DNA from: a virus
Direction: 5' to 3' (one strand)
Virus record (IMG/VR): IMGVR_UViG_3300049075_000009
Span: 1-63,018 of that record
DNA: 63,018 bases
How positions within the stretch are numbered: position 1 is the first letter of the stretch; each line of letters begins with the position of its first letter. The notes beneath the pieces were generated by a model. It was not told the origin of the DNA. It saw only the letters and a program-made list of their open reading frames with translations, and did no database searches. The position numbers and the translations under genes are program-made. Shown one piece after another: positions 8,881 to 18,347 of the stretch.

Positions 8881-11172
8881 ATGGGCATAGAATTCGATTG
8901 GGCAAACTCAAAAACTTCTGAAGGCAATGCTACTTCCTTCGGCGGTTGTGACTTGCCTCTAAGCCCATCAAATAGTTTGGCAAATGACAAGACTTTAGTA
9001 ATTATCTTTAAGTGGGAGCCGCCATTTGGGGGGACGCCAACAGTAGGAACGCCAGTTGCAAGCGGTGTCACTGCCGATGTAGCGCCCTCTGTTGGCTCTG
9101 TGTCTGTCTTCTCTTTTCCTGCTGGCACGGCGGGGAATGCCTCTTTTACTTTCTCAAGCCCTTGCTCATTCTTCGCCGTCGCTGTTGCTGTTACGGGAAT
9201 AAAATCCTCATCGCCATTCTCCGCTGGCACATCGGGTACACAAACCGGATTCAGCCACAACATTATTGCTTCAACCACTGCGCCGGCAGCGGGCGCTGTA
9301 TTGTTAGGATTTGCAGGGCTAACTTCCGTAGGCGCGACGAGTCTGCAATTTCAATCTGCCGATAACATCATTGCTGGCATTTATCAGAACTATGTCAATC
9401 TAAGCGGAGCCATCTTTCAATGCGGTGGCAGTGTGGCGGTCAGATACGCGGAGGAGGCGAGCGATGTCGGGGCTCACTCTTGGTCATCTAGCGGCGGCGG
9501 TGGTGCTTTCGGCGGCGGTGCTTCGCCCCAAAGCGTCACATCGTCAATGCTGGTCTTTTGGATTAGTCCACTTTTGGCACCATCCGCGCCAATCGTTTTA
9601 ACCCCAAGAGTAAATGATAAATTCACTATCGGCTCAACTCAGGACGTGACCTATACAAGCGCGACAGACCCTGTGGTTGATACTGAGGATTTAACCTATG
9701 ACATTTATTACAGTGACAATAATGGCATCACCTACAACCTAATTGACACGACCGCCCCGGGCATTCTCACTTATGCGTGGGACACAACTGGCCTTCCCGC
9801 AGGCACCTATAAGATAAAGGTCGTAGCCAACAACGGCACGGATGACGGACAGCCAGGGTTTAGTGGTTCATTCCAACTTTTTGCAGATGTTCCGCCCGGC
9901 GCACCAACAAATCTTTCCCCCACGGGCTATATAAGCCAAGCGGCCCAGACCTTTACATGGTTGCCGGTCAACCCAGATTTCGATACCCAATCCCATTATG
10001 AATTGGAGTGGGACAATGACCAAGCTTTTGGTAGTTCATCTACGACCGGCACAGTGGCATCTACAGCACCCTCTCACGCATTCTCAGCTTCTACCGACAT
10101 ACTTTCAACCGTTGGTACTTTCTATTGGCGTGTAAGGACGAAGGGCGCGGTTGATGGCACCTTTGGCCCGTGGTCTGCCGCTGTGACCGTGATAGTTTCG
10201 GCTGCCCCTGCCACGCCAACCATAACAAGCAGCAATACAGCCACAACTGCTCTGTGGCCGATTACCTTCACGGCAATAGCGCATACTCAGTTCCGAATCC
10301 GCCTTGTCCTTAGCGGCGACCCTCGATTGAATACGATTGTTCAATCTTCTGCCTTTTCGTTCACGACACCTTTCCCCTTAGCAAATGGCGAAGTGTGGAG
10401 TGTGTTTGTTTCTGTGTTCGACCCCATAACGGGACTAGAAAGTGCAGAAGCAACCCAGACATTAACTGTCTCATACATAGGGCCGACGAAGCCGACGATT
10501 GCAGTAATAGCCTTGAGCGAGGAAGGCGCTTTTCAGATTATTATAGGCAACGCCACCCCAGCCGACATTGACCACAGTAGGATATATCGAAGCTTGAACG
10601 GCGCTGACTTTGAGTTGATAAGTCCAAGATTAGGGGCCAATGCCCTCTATTTAGACTACCATGTAGCCAATGACCTCTATTCCGACTACAACGAGTATAC
10701 CTACATGGCGAGAAGCTACAAAGTTTCCACTTTGGGCTTCACGGACTCAGACCCCAGCAGCAATGTTGGCATCATTTTAGGCAGTCTGCACCTTCACGTG
10801 GTTGATAAGACGAGCACGACAAGTAATGCAAGCTTAAAAGTAAAACTCTCCATTACCGACCCAATCATCAAGCGGTTTATTAAGAAGCAAAGAAATGTTG
10901 CGATGAAAGGCCGCACCCAATTCATCACTTATGCAGGACAGGCTAAACATACTGAGTTGGTTTATCAGGTTGTTATTCCGAGAGGTGACACTACTACCTA
11001 TGCTGCGTTAGAAGCCGTGTTTAATGCCGACGCGACCTTGTGTATTAGAGACACGGATAAAAACAAAATCTTCGGGCGCTTTTTAGAATTACCAAGACAA
11101 GACGATTTGGCCGCAAACCGATTCACCTTATCTTTTACCGAATCTGACTTCAGGGAGGTTTACACAAGGTAA
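8881..11172 (+). CDS. Minor/distal tail protein with FN3/Ig-like repeats
   Basis: 763 aa, starting 3 nt after the tape measure stop. Contains FN3-like segments (VPPGAPTNLSPTG...YELEWDND...WRVRT and AAPATPTITS...). Confidence 0.65.
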   Translation: MGIEFDWANSKTSEGNATSFGGCDLPLSPSNSLANDKTLVIIFKWEPPFGGTPTVGTPVASGVTADVAPSVGSVSVFSFPAGTAGNASFTFSSPCSFFAVAVAVTGIKSSSPFSAGTSGTQTGFSHNIIASTTAPAAGAVLLGFAGLTSVGATSLQFQSADNIIAGIYQNYVNLSGAIFQCGGSVAVRYAEEASDVGAHSWSSSGGGGAFGGGASPQSVTSSMLVFWISPLLAPSAPIVLTPRVNDKFTIGSTQDVTYTSATDPVVDTEDLTYDIYYSDNNGITYNLIDTTAPGILTYAWDTTGLPAGTYKIKVVANNGTDDGQPGFSGSFQLFADVPPGAPTNLSPTGYISQAAQTFTWLPVNPDFDTQSHYELEWDNDQAFGSSSTTGTVASTAPSHAFSASTDILSTVGTFYWRVRTKGAVDGTFGPWSAAVTVIVSAAPATPTITSSNTATTALWPITFTAIAHTQFRIRLVLSGDPRLNTIVQSSAFSFTTPFPLANGEVWSVFVSVFDPITGLESAEATQTLTVSYIGPTKPTIAVIALSEEGAFQIIIGNATPADIDHSRIYRSLNGADFELISPRLGANALYLDYHVANDLYSDYNEYTYMARSYKVSTLGFTDSDPSSNVGIILGSLHLHVVDKTSTTSNASLKVKLSITDPIIKRFIKKQRNVAMKGRTQFITYAGQAKHTELVYQVVIPRGDTTTYAALEAVFNADATLCIRDTDKNKIFGRFLELPRQDDLAANRFTLSFTESDFREVYTR

Positions 11173-11173
11173 G

Positions 11174-11854
11174 ATGCCGATAACGACACCTACAATTACT
11201 CCCATCGTAAATACCGCAAGCGGAAACATCGCTGTGAATTTCAGCAATGGCGGCGCAACATTATATAACCGCCTCAGACGCAACGGCATTTTGATTGGCG
11301 CGACCATTCCCGACGATGACCCCGACCCCGATGTGGCTGTTTTTTTGGACTACCAAACCAGAAGCGGAGAGCAGGTCAGTTATATAGGCAGTTCAATTGA
11401 CGCCAGCGGCAACGAGTCTTTCCCGACAGCACCAATCACCGCAACCTTGAATCTTTCTTCCGCTTGGCTTCATCAGGTGGCGAAGAATACGAATGGAAAT
11501 ATTGGCAATGATTTTGTCGCCTTGGAGTTGTTCAACCTTGAAGGTCAATCTCAGAAAAGAGCAAGGGAAGGCAACGTATTACGCTTGGCGGCAGTTGAAA
11601 AGCCCCGTATTAAAACCGCCCCCCAAATTGCCAGAACAATCGAATGCCCTATCTTGATTCGCAACGAAGACAGAACGGCGGTAATGCCCATCTTAGAGGC
11701 AATCCTTTGGAGCAATGACCTCTTTTGTTTCAGAAATCAAGACGGCGAATTGATGTTTTGCACAATAGATTCACCGCAGGAAACCTCTACGAATTTGAAT
11801 GTCGAAATGGTCTTGAAACTGACAGAGAGTGCATACAGCGAGGCGATTTTATGA
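11174..11854 (+). CDS. Minor tail protein (226 aa)
   Basis: Starts 2 nt after the upstream stop, within the tail module. No family recognised. Confidence 0.5.
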   Translation: MPITTPTITPIVNTASGNIAVNFSNGGATLYNRLRRNGILIGATIPDDDPDPDVAVFLDYQTRSGEQVSYIGSSIDASGNESFPTAPITATLNLSSAWLHQVAKNTNGNIGNDFVALELFNLEGQSQKRAREGNVLRLAAVEKPRIKTAPQIARTIECPILIRNEDRTAVMPILEAILWSNDLFCFRNQDGELMFCTIDSPQETSTNLNVEMVLKLTESAYSEAIL

Positions 11855-12033
11855 CAACCAAAAAGCAAGCCGTAAAGCGTGGCGGTCAAATTCAATTAGA
11901 TAGCAACTTGATTACACCGACCAGCGAATATCGCGGCTCCGCTGAATTTACTGGTGATGCTGTTTTGGTAGATGTGAATTTTAATGCCGATGCCATAACT
12001 ATTTGCGAGTGGATACAGATGCCGAAGGGATAG
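11851..12033 (+). CDS. Small hypothetical tail-module protein (60 aa)
   Basis: ATG 11851 overlaps the upstream stop (ATGA). MTTKKQAVKRGGQIQLDSNLITP... Confidence 0.4.
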   Translation: MTTKKQAVKRGGQIQLDSNLITPTSEYRGSAEFTGDAVLVDVNFNADAITICEWIQMPKG

Positions 12034-12037
12034 AACC

Positions 12038-13948
12038 ATGCTGGCGAGAGCGACAAACGGATTCACGGCGGCAGAAGTTGAAGCCGCAATGCTGGGCGCA
12101 AGTGGCGTCATAGAGCGGCGTGTAAGGTTCGACTTACATGACCGTTTTGGCACCTACATCCGCCCATTGCGCTCGGTGAAAGAAGGCGGCGGAATAAAGT
12201 ATGATGAGAAGAATAGTATAAGAAGGGCCGGTAACATTGGTATTGAAGAACGCACCTTTACCCTGGTTGACGGTGACCACTTTGACCCAAACGCAGACAC
12301 GAATTATGACCTCGAAATGCCAACGCTGTATGAGCAAATCACACATCAATCCGCTTTAGGCTTTTGGCGATTTGGTGAGGGGAGCGGCACAAGTGCAGTA
12401 GACTCTTCTGGTAATTCAAGGACAGGCACATATACTGGCGGCGTCACCCTCAACTCCCGTTCCCTTTGCGAAGCGGCTTTACTGAACGGCTCCGCGTCCT
12501 TTGACGGAATAGACAACTATGTTGCGATAGCCGATGCTGCCGCGTGGGATGTTGCCAATATCTCTATTGAATTCTGGATTCAGACCAGCAGTGCAATTGC
12601 AGCTCAAAGAATTGTTGAACGGGATGACAATACAAATCACGCCTGGGTTGTGTTTATGGCGAGTGGGGAATTGCGATTCAGAATCTATATCGGTGCCGCA
12701 CCTTTTCTTCTCTCTACTGGCGTCTTTATCAATGACGGCAATCCCCATCACATAGTCTGCGCCTACGATGGTATTTATATGCGCGCCTATATAGATGGCG
12801 TTGAAGTGAAGAGACAGGCGCAGACTGGCAACATTGATAGCGTTACTTCCACAATAAACATCGGCGGCTCTCCCGGCACGGGCGCTTACACCAACGCCAT
12901 TATTGACGAGGTTGCTATCTATGGCTACGCGTTAAGTGCCGCGCAAGTCCGTAACCGTTTTCAAGCCGGTAGCGGCCAGCTTTACGAGATTGATTTCCTG
13001 CACGACCAGGTTATGCCGTGGTTTGGAATTAAGATGAGTACGGCTGGCGACGATGGAACATTTTTCGCTTGGTTCCCTCGCGGTTTATATTCCTTCTCAT
13101 TCCCTGATGTAGATGAGGACTCGACAGGCTCCTATTTTGAAGGCGTCATTCAAGACGTTGTTGCGAAGTTAGAGAATACGACTGTCAGGAGTAGCAAATA
13201 TACAATTGCCATCACTAAGAAATATAGAGAGGCGCTGACAGACCTCTTTACATATGCAGGGTTTGTGGTTGGTCAGTACGCTATAGCGACCAGCACCGTA
13301 GCGGAAGCGGTTTTGCCAGTCAGCAAAGACTACCCCATAGGCACAACCATCCTTTTCATAATGAATGAGTTATTGAAAGAGATGAATTATCGTCTAGCGC
13401 GGGCAGATTCATACGGGATTGTAAGGCTTGATTCGTGGGTGAGTGCCGGGAATCGCGCCACTGAATTAACGCTGACTGCGGATGAGAATTCGATAATCAG
13501 AACGGAGTTAAAGAAAAGCGCCAACTTAAAAGACGTATACAACGAAGTGGTTTTAAAAAGACAAGGGGATAAGGGCGTTGCGGAGTTGAATACCACTCGA
13601 CAAATCACCAACGCCAGCCACCCGATGAGTATTGGCAGGGTTGGATATAAGACGTTTACTAATTTAAGTGCATCTGCTGCTTCACAGACGGAGCTTGACT
13701 CACAAGGCGACAAAATTATTGAGGAGAAGGGCAGGATAGCCTATAAACTGCAATTGGCGACTCCACATCTTTGCGTATTGGACAACGACGATTTGGCGCG
13801 CTTGGTAGGCATACAGCCGCCACCACTCTTCAGCGCAGCATTCCATACTTTTCCCGATAAATTTCAAATCACTTCCTATGAAGAAGGTTTTGATGACACT
13901 GCGGATTGTTCTATGACCGCAGAATTCTACATTGAGGCAGCGGCATAA
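12038..13948 (+). CDS. Tail/baseplate protein with LamG (concanavalin A-like lectin) domain
   Basis: 636 aa. The pattern GTSAVDSSGN..GTYTGGV, FDGIDNYV, SIEFWI, IDEVAIYGYALSAAQV is the Laminin_G_3 signature common in phage tail adhesins. Confidence 0.75.
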   Translation: MLARATNGFTAAEVEAAMLGASGVIERRVRFDLHDRFGTYIRPLRSVKEGGGIKYDEKNSIRRAGNIGIEERTFTLVDGDHFDPNADTNYDLEMPTLYEQITHQSALGFWRFGEGSGTSAVDSSGNSRTGTYTGGVTLNSRSLCEAALLNGSASFDGIDNYVAIADAAAWDVANISIEFWIQTSSAIAAQRIVERDDNTNHAWVVFMASGELRFRIYIGAAPFLLSTGVFINDGNPHHIVCAYDGIYMRAYIDGVEVKRQAQTGNIDSVTSTINIGGSPGTGAYTNAIIDEVAIYGYALSAAQVRNRFQAGSGQLYEIDFLHDQVMPWFGIKMSTAGDDGTFFAWFPRGLYSFSFPDVDEDSTGSYFEGVIQDVVAKLENTTVRSSKYTIAITKKYREALTDLFTYAGFVVGQYAIATSTVAEAVLPVSKDYPIGTTILFIMNELLKEMNYRLARADSYGIVRLDSWVSAGNRATELTLTADENSIIRTELKKSANLKDVYNEVVLKRQGDKGVAELNTTRQITNASHPMSIGRVGYKTFTNLSASAASQTELDSQGDKIIEEKGRIAYKLQLATPHLCVLDNDDLARLVGIQPPPLFSAAFHTFPDKFQITSYEEGFDDTADCSMTAEFYIEAAA

Positions 13949-13951
13949 CAG

Positions 13952-14686
13952 ATGACACCTGAAGCTGTACAAAACTTCATAGAAGATAAGATGAAAAGGC
14001 TGCGCTCTGCCTATCAGACGATTATTGACCAGCTCTACATCGGAGGCCCGCCGAAGACTGATGATACTGGCGCTGGGAGTGCTGGGATTGAACAGCATTT
14101 CCTTATCTTCCCATCATCAATAAAGCCATTGGTAGCAAGCGATGCAGCGGTTGTTTTACCACATGGCAATGGCAAATCAGTTATCGGCGTTCCTGTATCG
14201 CCTCATCTTGGCAAGCCTCTTCACGACTCCTACTGGTGCGTACCAGAAGAAAGTCCGACTGTTGAAGTGACGCTGGCAACCGGGGCGAGAGTGAGAAGGT
14301 TGACCGCGCCAAAGTCTATGCCCATTACCGTTGCAACATTCAACGTGGTGGCAGCGCAGCCAGGTTCGGCAGCAACTATAAAAATCTATGCCGACGATGG
14401 CACCACAACGCCTGTTCAATTGTGGACTTCCGGCAGCATTGCAACCACAGGAACAGGGATTAAGAAAAATAGCGCAACCGCTCCCTTCTGGGTCTATATG
14501 GGATTTGAATATATTATTGAGTATTCAAACACCGACGCGACCGTAGGAGTAACGGCGCACGAAATGTCAGCCAACGCCGATAATATATTGAATGATGGCA
14601 ATGCGCAGATAGCGACTAGCGCGACAAATTTAGTAAGCAACACGGGTCAGAACGTGCCGCAATTTCCAATTATCAAATTTACTTAA
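13952..14686 (+). CDS. Hypothetical tail protein (244 aa)
   Basis: ORF in the tail module, 3 nt after the upstream stop. Confidence 0.5.
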   Translation: MTPEAVQNFIEDKMKRLRSAYQTIIDQLYIGGPPKTDDTGAGSAGIEQHFLIFPSSIKPLVASDAAVVLPHGNGKSVIGVPVSPHLGKPLHDSYWCVPEESPTVEVTLATGARVRRLTAPKSMPITVATFNVVAAQPGSAATIKIYADDGTTTPVQLWTSGSIATTGTGIKKNSATAPFWVYMGFEYIIEYSNTDATVGVTAHEMSANADNILNDGNAQIATSATNLVSNTGQNVPQFPIIKFT

Positions 14687-14770
14687 CAGGGATGGTCAGA
14701 TATGAGGTATGGTATCGTCAAAGCAAATCTACGGGGTGCGATAGCAGATGGGTATAGGAGAAAGATTCTT

Positions 14771-15121
14771 ATGCTCAAGAAGATGATTTGTGTACTGTTC
14801 ACCCTTTTGGTCACTTTGACCATTCCCACTTATCCACAGACCTTTGTGCCAAATTTGGTGCGCTTATCTGACGACAGCAACCCAAGCCACATATTGATTG
14901 TGAAAACGGATGGCTCGTATCTGCTCTTGATGGGGCTTGATTCTCTCCGCATTGAATCTTTTGCGACCCTCAACCGCAAGGGCGATTACCTTTCGTTTGA
15001 GGAAACAACTCCTTGGTACAGAGTTGTTGTGGTGGCGAATATCGCAAATCGTACCGGAAAAGTAGTTGTTAATTATTTTAACGTCGGCACGTTTACTATT
15101 GTTGACAGAACCGTTGATTGA
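14771..15121 (+). CDS. Secreted hypothetical protein (signal peptide)
   Basis: ATG 14771 is preceded by AGGAGA. N-terminus MLKKMICVLFTLLVTLTIPTYPQ looks like a signal peptide. Confidence 0.5.
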   Translation: MLKKMICVLFTLLVTLTIPTYPQTFVPNLVRLSDDSNPSHILIVKTDGSYLLLMGLDSLRIESFATLNRKGDYLSFEETTPWYRVVVVANIANRTGKVVVNYFNVGTFTIVDRTVD

Positions 15122-15257
15122 GAATAGGGTGAAGGTACAAACTACAGTTTACATCTCCGGTGTAACTGCGGTTGTGCTAGGGTGGCGGTCTGGAACACTG
15201 CCACCCACTAACCTACCCAAATTCTTTAATCAATTTTTGAACAATTTAATAGGGGTA

Positions 15258-15282
15258 GGGCATAGGCTACCAACCTATGCCC
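15258..15282. terminator. GC-rich hairpin after the tail module (GGGCATAGG-7 nt-CCTATGCCC)
   Basis: Perfect 9-bp stem read in the sequence. No U-tract follows, so terminator function is uncertain. Confidence 0.25.
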
Positions 15283-15464
15283 CGCGATTACCGAAGTAAA
15301 CGCACCACGAGCAAAAGGGCTGCCCGTGATGGCGCGCATGAAATCAGACAGGTGAGCGCCTGTCAAATTGAATCACCATCACAAGCCCAACCAAACGAAC
15401 AAGCCGGGGTAAGGGAATTGCATCGTTAATCCTCACACAATTCAATTTGTAGGAGGATAAGGAA

Positions 15465-15896
15465 ATGAGAATGGAAAACATACGGACTAGGGCGGAACTG
15501 GGGCAATCGGAGAGTAGGAATTACTTTGCGAGGGTGATGGCGATGGTAAAAAAGGTTGAAGATAACAAGACGAGAGCGCAATTTTGGGTAACAATCGCGC
15601 TTTCAATTTCTATGGCGTTTGTGCCGTGGCTGGGTTTACAGCTTGTTGAAATGGGGCGCAATCAGGTTCGGCAAGAGCAATACAAAAAAGATATTGACCT
15701 ACTGAAGCAAACAGTTGAAGACAAGCAAAAAGAGATTGAAGCTTTGAAGTTGCGGCAGCAAGCGCCTGAGAGTGTCAGCATAAAACCCGTACCGAAAGCA
15801 AAGCCACGGCAGCAGCAAGCAAAGAAGCGCCAGAACCTGAATGGGCAAAATCAAACCTATTCAAACGGTTATGGGCTGAGGAAGGTGAATCTATGA
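15465..15896 (+). CDS. Single-pass membrane protein with coiled-coil/Lys-Gln-rich tail
   Basis: AGGAGG lies 8 nt upstream. One TM helix (FWVTIALSISMAFVPWLGLQLV), then QEQYKKDIDLLKQTVEDKQKEIEALKLRQQ. First gene of a coupled three-gene operon. Confidence 0.6.
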   Translation: MRMENIRTRAELGQSESRNYFARVMAMVKKVEDNKTRAQFWVTIALSISMAFVPWLGLQLVEMGRNQVRQEQYKKDIDLLKQTVEDKQKEIEALKLRQQAPESVSIKPVPKAKPRQQQAKKRQNLNGQNQTYSNGYGLRKVNL

Positions 15897-16300
15897 AACG
15901 TTCAGGCTGTAGATGCGGGCCGCTTAATGATTGCGGCGAACCGGGCGGCCCCGGCGATATGTGCGAATGTGACGGACAGGGGAACTGCACTCATTGGATT
16001 GTCGGGGATTTCAATTTGTTTAATAAGACCGCTGCGGAAATCGAAGCATCAACCACCAGGTTTCTATTAGATGAAAACTTCGCCTTTGTTGAGGTAGGGT
16101 TATTTGCCGCTGCCGGTCTACAAATTGGCGACACGTTATCCGCCGTGGTTGATGCTCATTTGTCATTACGCCCCGCTGATTCAGATGAAAGATTTGACAT
16201 CCTCAATTGTCGTTTCACCGATGATGTCGTGAAGGTTATTTATGAGCGTGGCGGTAAGACTAGAATCGGGGAGTTAAAGAACCCGAAGGCAAGGCCATAA
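15893..16300 (+). CDS. Cys-rich hypothetical protein (135 aa)
   Basis: ATGA overlap with the upstream gene. The N-terminus has 7 Cys in 32 residues (CRCGPLNDCGEPGGPGDMCECDGQGNC). Confidence 0.55.
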   Translation: MKRSGCRCGPLNDCGEPGGPGDMCECDGQGNCTHWIVGDFNLFNKTAAEIEASTTRFLLDENFAFVEVGLFAAAGLQIGDTLSAVVDAHLSLRPADSDERFDILNCRFTDDVVKVIYERGGKTRIGELKNPKARP

Positions 16301-16879
16301 ATGGAACTATGCCGAGTCATCCTCATAGAAGACGACCCTACGCAATGCGAATTGCTGGGCGAGTTCCTTGAAAGGTCGCACGAAATTCGCTGTGAGTTCA
16401 TCCACACTGACCGCTTGCAGGCCGGTATAGGCATTCTACGCGATGCCCTTAATAAGCCTGAAGACATTGTAGTGATTGTGGATTTGGGCTTACCAGATGG
16501 CGAAGCCATGCGATTGCAGGCTATTTCAATGCTGAGGGCGATTAGTGAGAAGCCGGGGATTTTGGTTTTAAGCGGCGCTATTTCTGTTCAAGAATCTTTA
16601 CAAGCTATCAAGATGGGTGCGGACGGGGTGAGGCAGAAACCGCCTGAGAGTCCTGAAAGATTCGTCTGGTCTATTCTGGAGGTGGTCGAGAGGCGAAAGG
16701 CGCTTCTGTCCGCGTTGAAAATACAAGCGGAAAACTTCAAGCCAGAGACCGTGCGCACAAAGTTATTAGATAAGAAAAGCAAAATAGCGATTCTGACGGC
16801 GGCAACCGTGGCGGCTATCACAACTCTCATTGCAGGCTTTTGGGAAGCGATAAAGAGCTTATTTACAAAGGCTCATTGA
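16301..16879 (+). CDS. Response-regulator receiver (REC/CheY-like) domain protein with a C-terminal TM anchor
   Basis: VILIEDDP (acidic pocket), IVVIVDLGLPDG (phospho-acceptor Asp, D61), ILVLSG (S91), GVRQKPP (K113). C-terminal helix IAILTAATVAAITTLIAGFW. ATG abuts the upstream TAA. Confidence 0.8.
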   Translation: MELCRVILIEDDPTQCELLGEFLERSHEIRCEFIHTDRLQAGIGILRDALNKPEDIVVIVDLGLPDGEAMRLQAISMLRAISEKPGILVLSGAISVQESLQAIKMGADGVRQKPPESPERFVWSILEVVERRKALLSALKIQAENFKPETVRTKLLDKKSKIAILTAATVAAITTLIAGFWEAIKSLFTKAH

Positions 16880-17210
16880 AGGAAAGCCAGCGGCAACCAG
16901 CTAGGGGATTTGGGTTGAAAAAGAGACTTTATGGGAAGAAATCTCTTTTATCCGCTGGGCGATTTTTGAAAAAGATTCAGGGGCGAGCAGGGGAGAAAGC
17001 CGTAGCCTGTAAATTGACGGCGAAGAAAATTCGTTGAGGCAAATATTGCCACACAAAACGGGGAGGCTCTGCATGAGCCTGTATTTGAATCAGCTTGCTC
17101 CTGAGTGATATGCACAAATAAACGGACAAGAATAGGACAACAATTAAAAAGCATCAATCCAATCAGCGAAAAATCGCAGACTGACTTTTATACTTGAGGA
17201 GAGAAAACCA

Positions 17211-18335
17211 ATGAACATAAACCGCGAACGATTCTTCAAACGCTACAGGGAGGAGTTTGGCAGGCTGTCACAGGCTCAGGTTGCGGCGCTTGGTGATTTA
17301 CTCACCGCCATTGAAAATGACCCGCAAATCGAAGATATGCGCGATGTGAGCTATATTCTAGCGACGATTAAGCACGAAACGGCCCACACGTTTGAGCCCA
17401 TTGAAGAATACGGAAAAGGAAGAGGTCACAAGTATGGCATTGCCGACAAAGAGACAGGGCAAAAATACTACGGGCGCGGATATGTCCAGCTCACCTGGAG
17501 AAAAAATTACCAGACCTTTGCTGACTTGCTCTCTATTGATTTGGTGAATAAACCAAAACTAGCCCTTGACCCGAATGTGGCGTGGCAAATTACCAGCATC
17601 GGAATGAGAAAAGGGCTTTTCACTGGCAAGAAACTTAGCGACTTCATCAACGACAAAAAGACGGACTATCTAGGAGCTCGCAAAATCATCAATGGCACCG
17701 ACAAGGCTCAACTTATTGCTGGCTATGCGGAGCAGTTTGAAGAGATTTTATCCTCCTCTGAATTGACGGCTGACGAGAACCTTAATGTTATACAACAAGG
17801 TGCGGCATTGGTTGACCGCTCTCCCTCGCAGCCGTCAATTGAGGCTCAAGCCGCTACCGGCAACCTAAGCTCTCAGCCCGGGCAAGCCAGCGCGCAGGAA
17901 ACGCCATCACAGACGAAGTTGGAGCTAAAAGACGGCAACCTAAAACTCGAAACATCCGAAAGCCCCGCACCGCCTGAAAATGTGGCGATAGAGAAGCCCC
18001 CTGTAAAATCTTTTGGTGCTGAAATCAAAAAGGATTTGGGAGCCGTGGGACTTGGGGAAGTCGGCTTGCAAGGCGTGAGAGAAGCCGCAGAGGGCGCAAA
18101 GTTCTTAGGGCTTTCGGCGCGCTTCTGGGTATGGGTTTCAATTATTGCCATTGTTGCTGGCGCTGCCTATTTGATTGCGAAAGTCTACAAGCATTGGACA
18201 GAGACAAGGCGAGATTTAGAAATAACCAATCAGTTGATAAGTGCAAACAGCACCGATTCCAACAAGGTTGTACTTATGGACTCTGACAAAGCGGCGGAAT
18301 TTGCGAAGGCTGGCTACAAGATTATTCACAGGTAA
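17211..18335 (+). CDS. GH19 (chitinase-like) endolysin with Ser/Pro/Gln linker and C-terminal TM helix
   Basis: ATIKHETAHTFEPIEE (catalytic Glu pair) and YYGRGYVQLTWRKNY (GH19 signature). TM at about residues 305-325 (FWVWVSIIAIVAGAAYLIAKV). No N-terminal signal. Confidence 0.85.
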   Translation: MNINRERFFKRYREEFGRLSQAQVAALGDLLTAIENDPQIEDMRDVSYILATIKHETAHTFEPIEEYGKGRGHKYGIADKETGQKYYGRGYVQLTWRKNYQTFADLLSIDLVNKPKLALDPNVAWQITSIGMRKGLFTGKKLSDFINDKKTDYLGARKIINGTDKAQLIAGYAEQFEEILSSSELTADENLNVIQQGAALVDRSPSQPSIEAQAATGNLSSQPGQASAQETPSQTKLELKDGNLKLETSESPAPPENVAIEKPPVKSFGAEIKKDLGAVGLGEVGLQGVREAAEGAKFLGLSARFWVWVSIIAIVAGAAYLIAKVYKHWTETRRDLEITNQLISANSTDSNKVVLMDSDKAAEFAKAGYKIIHR

Positions 18336-18347
18336 AGGAGGCGAATA

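Noticed and set aside
15066-15299. 77-aa ORF running from the end of 14771-15121 into the intergenic region
   Set aside because: Out-of-frame overlap, no RBS, and it crosses the GC hairpin at 15258-15282.
16840-17037. 65-aa basic ORF in the gap between the REC gene and the endolysin
   Set aside because: It overlaps the REC gene's 3' end out of frame, has no RBS, and is a Lys/Arg/Gly-rich low-complexity peptide. The 330-bp gap is more likely regulatory.
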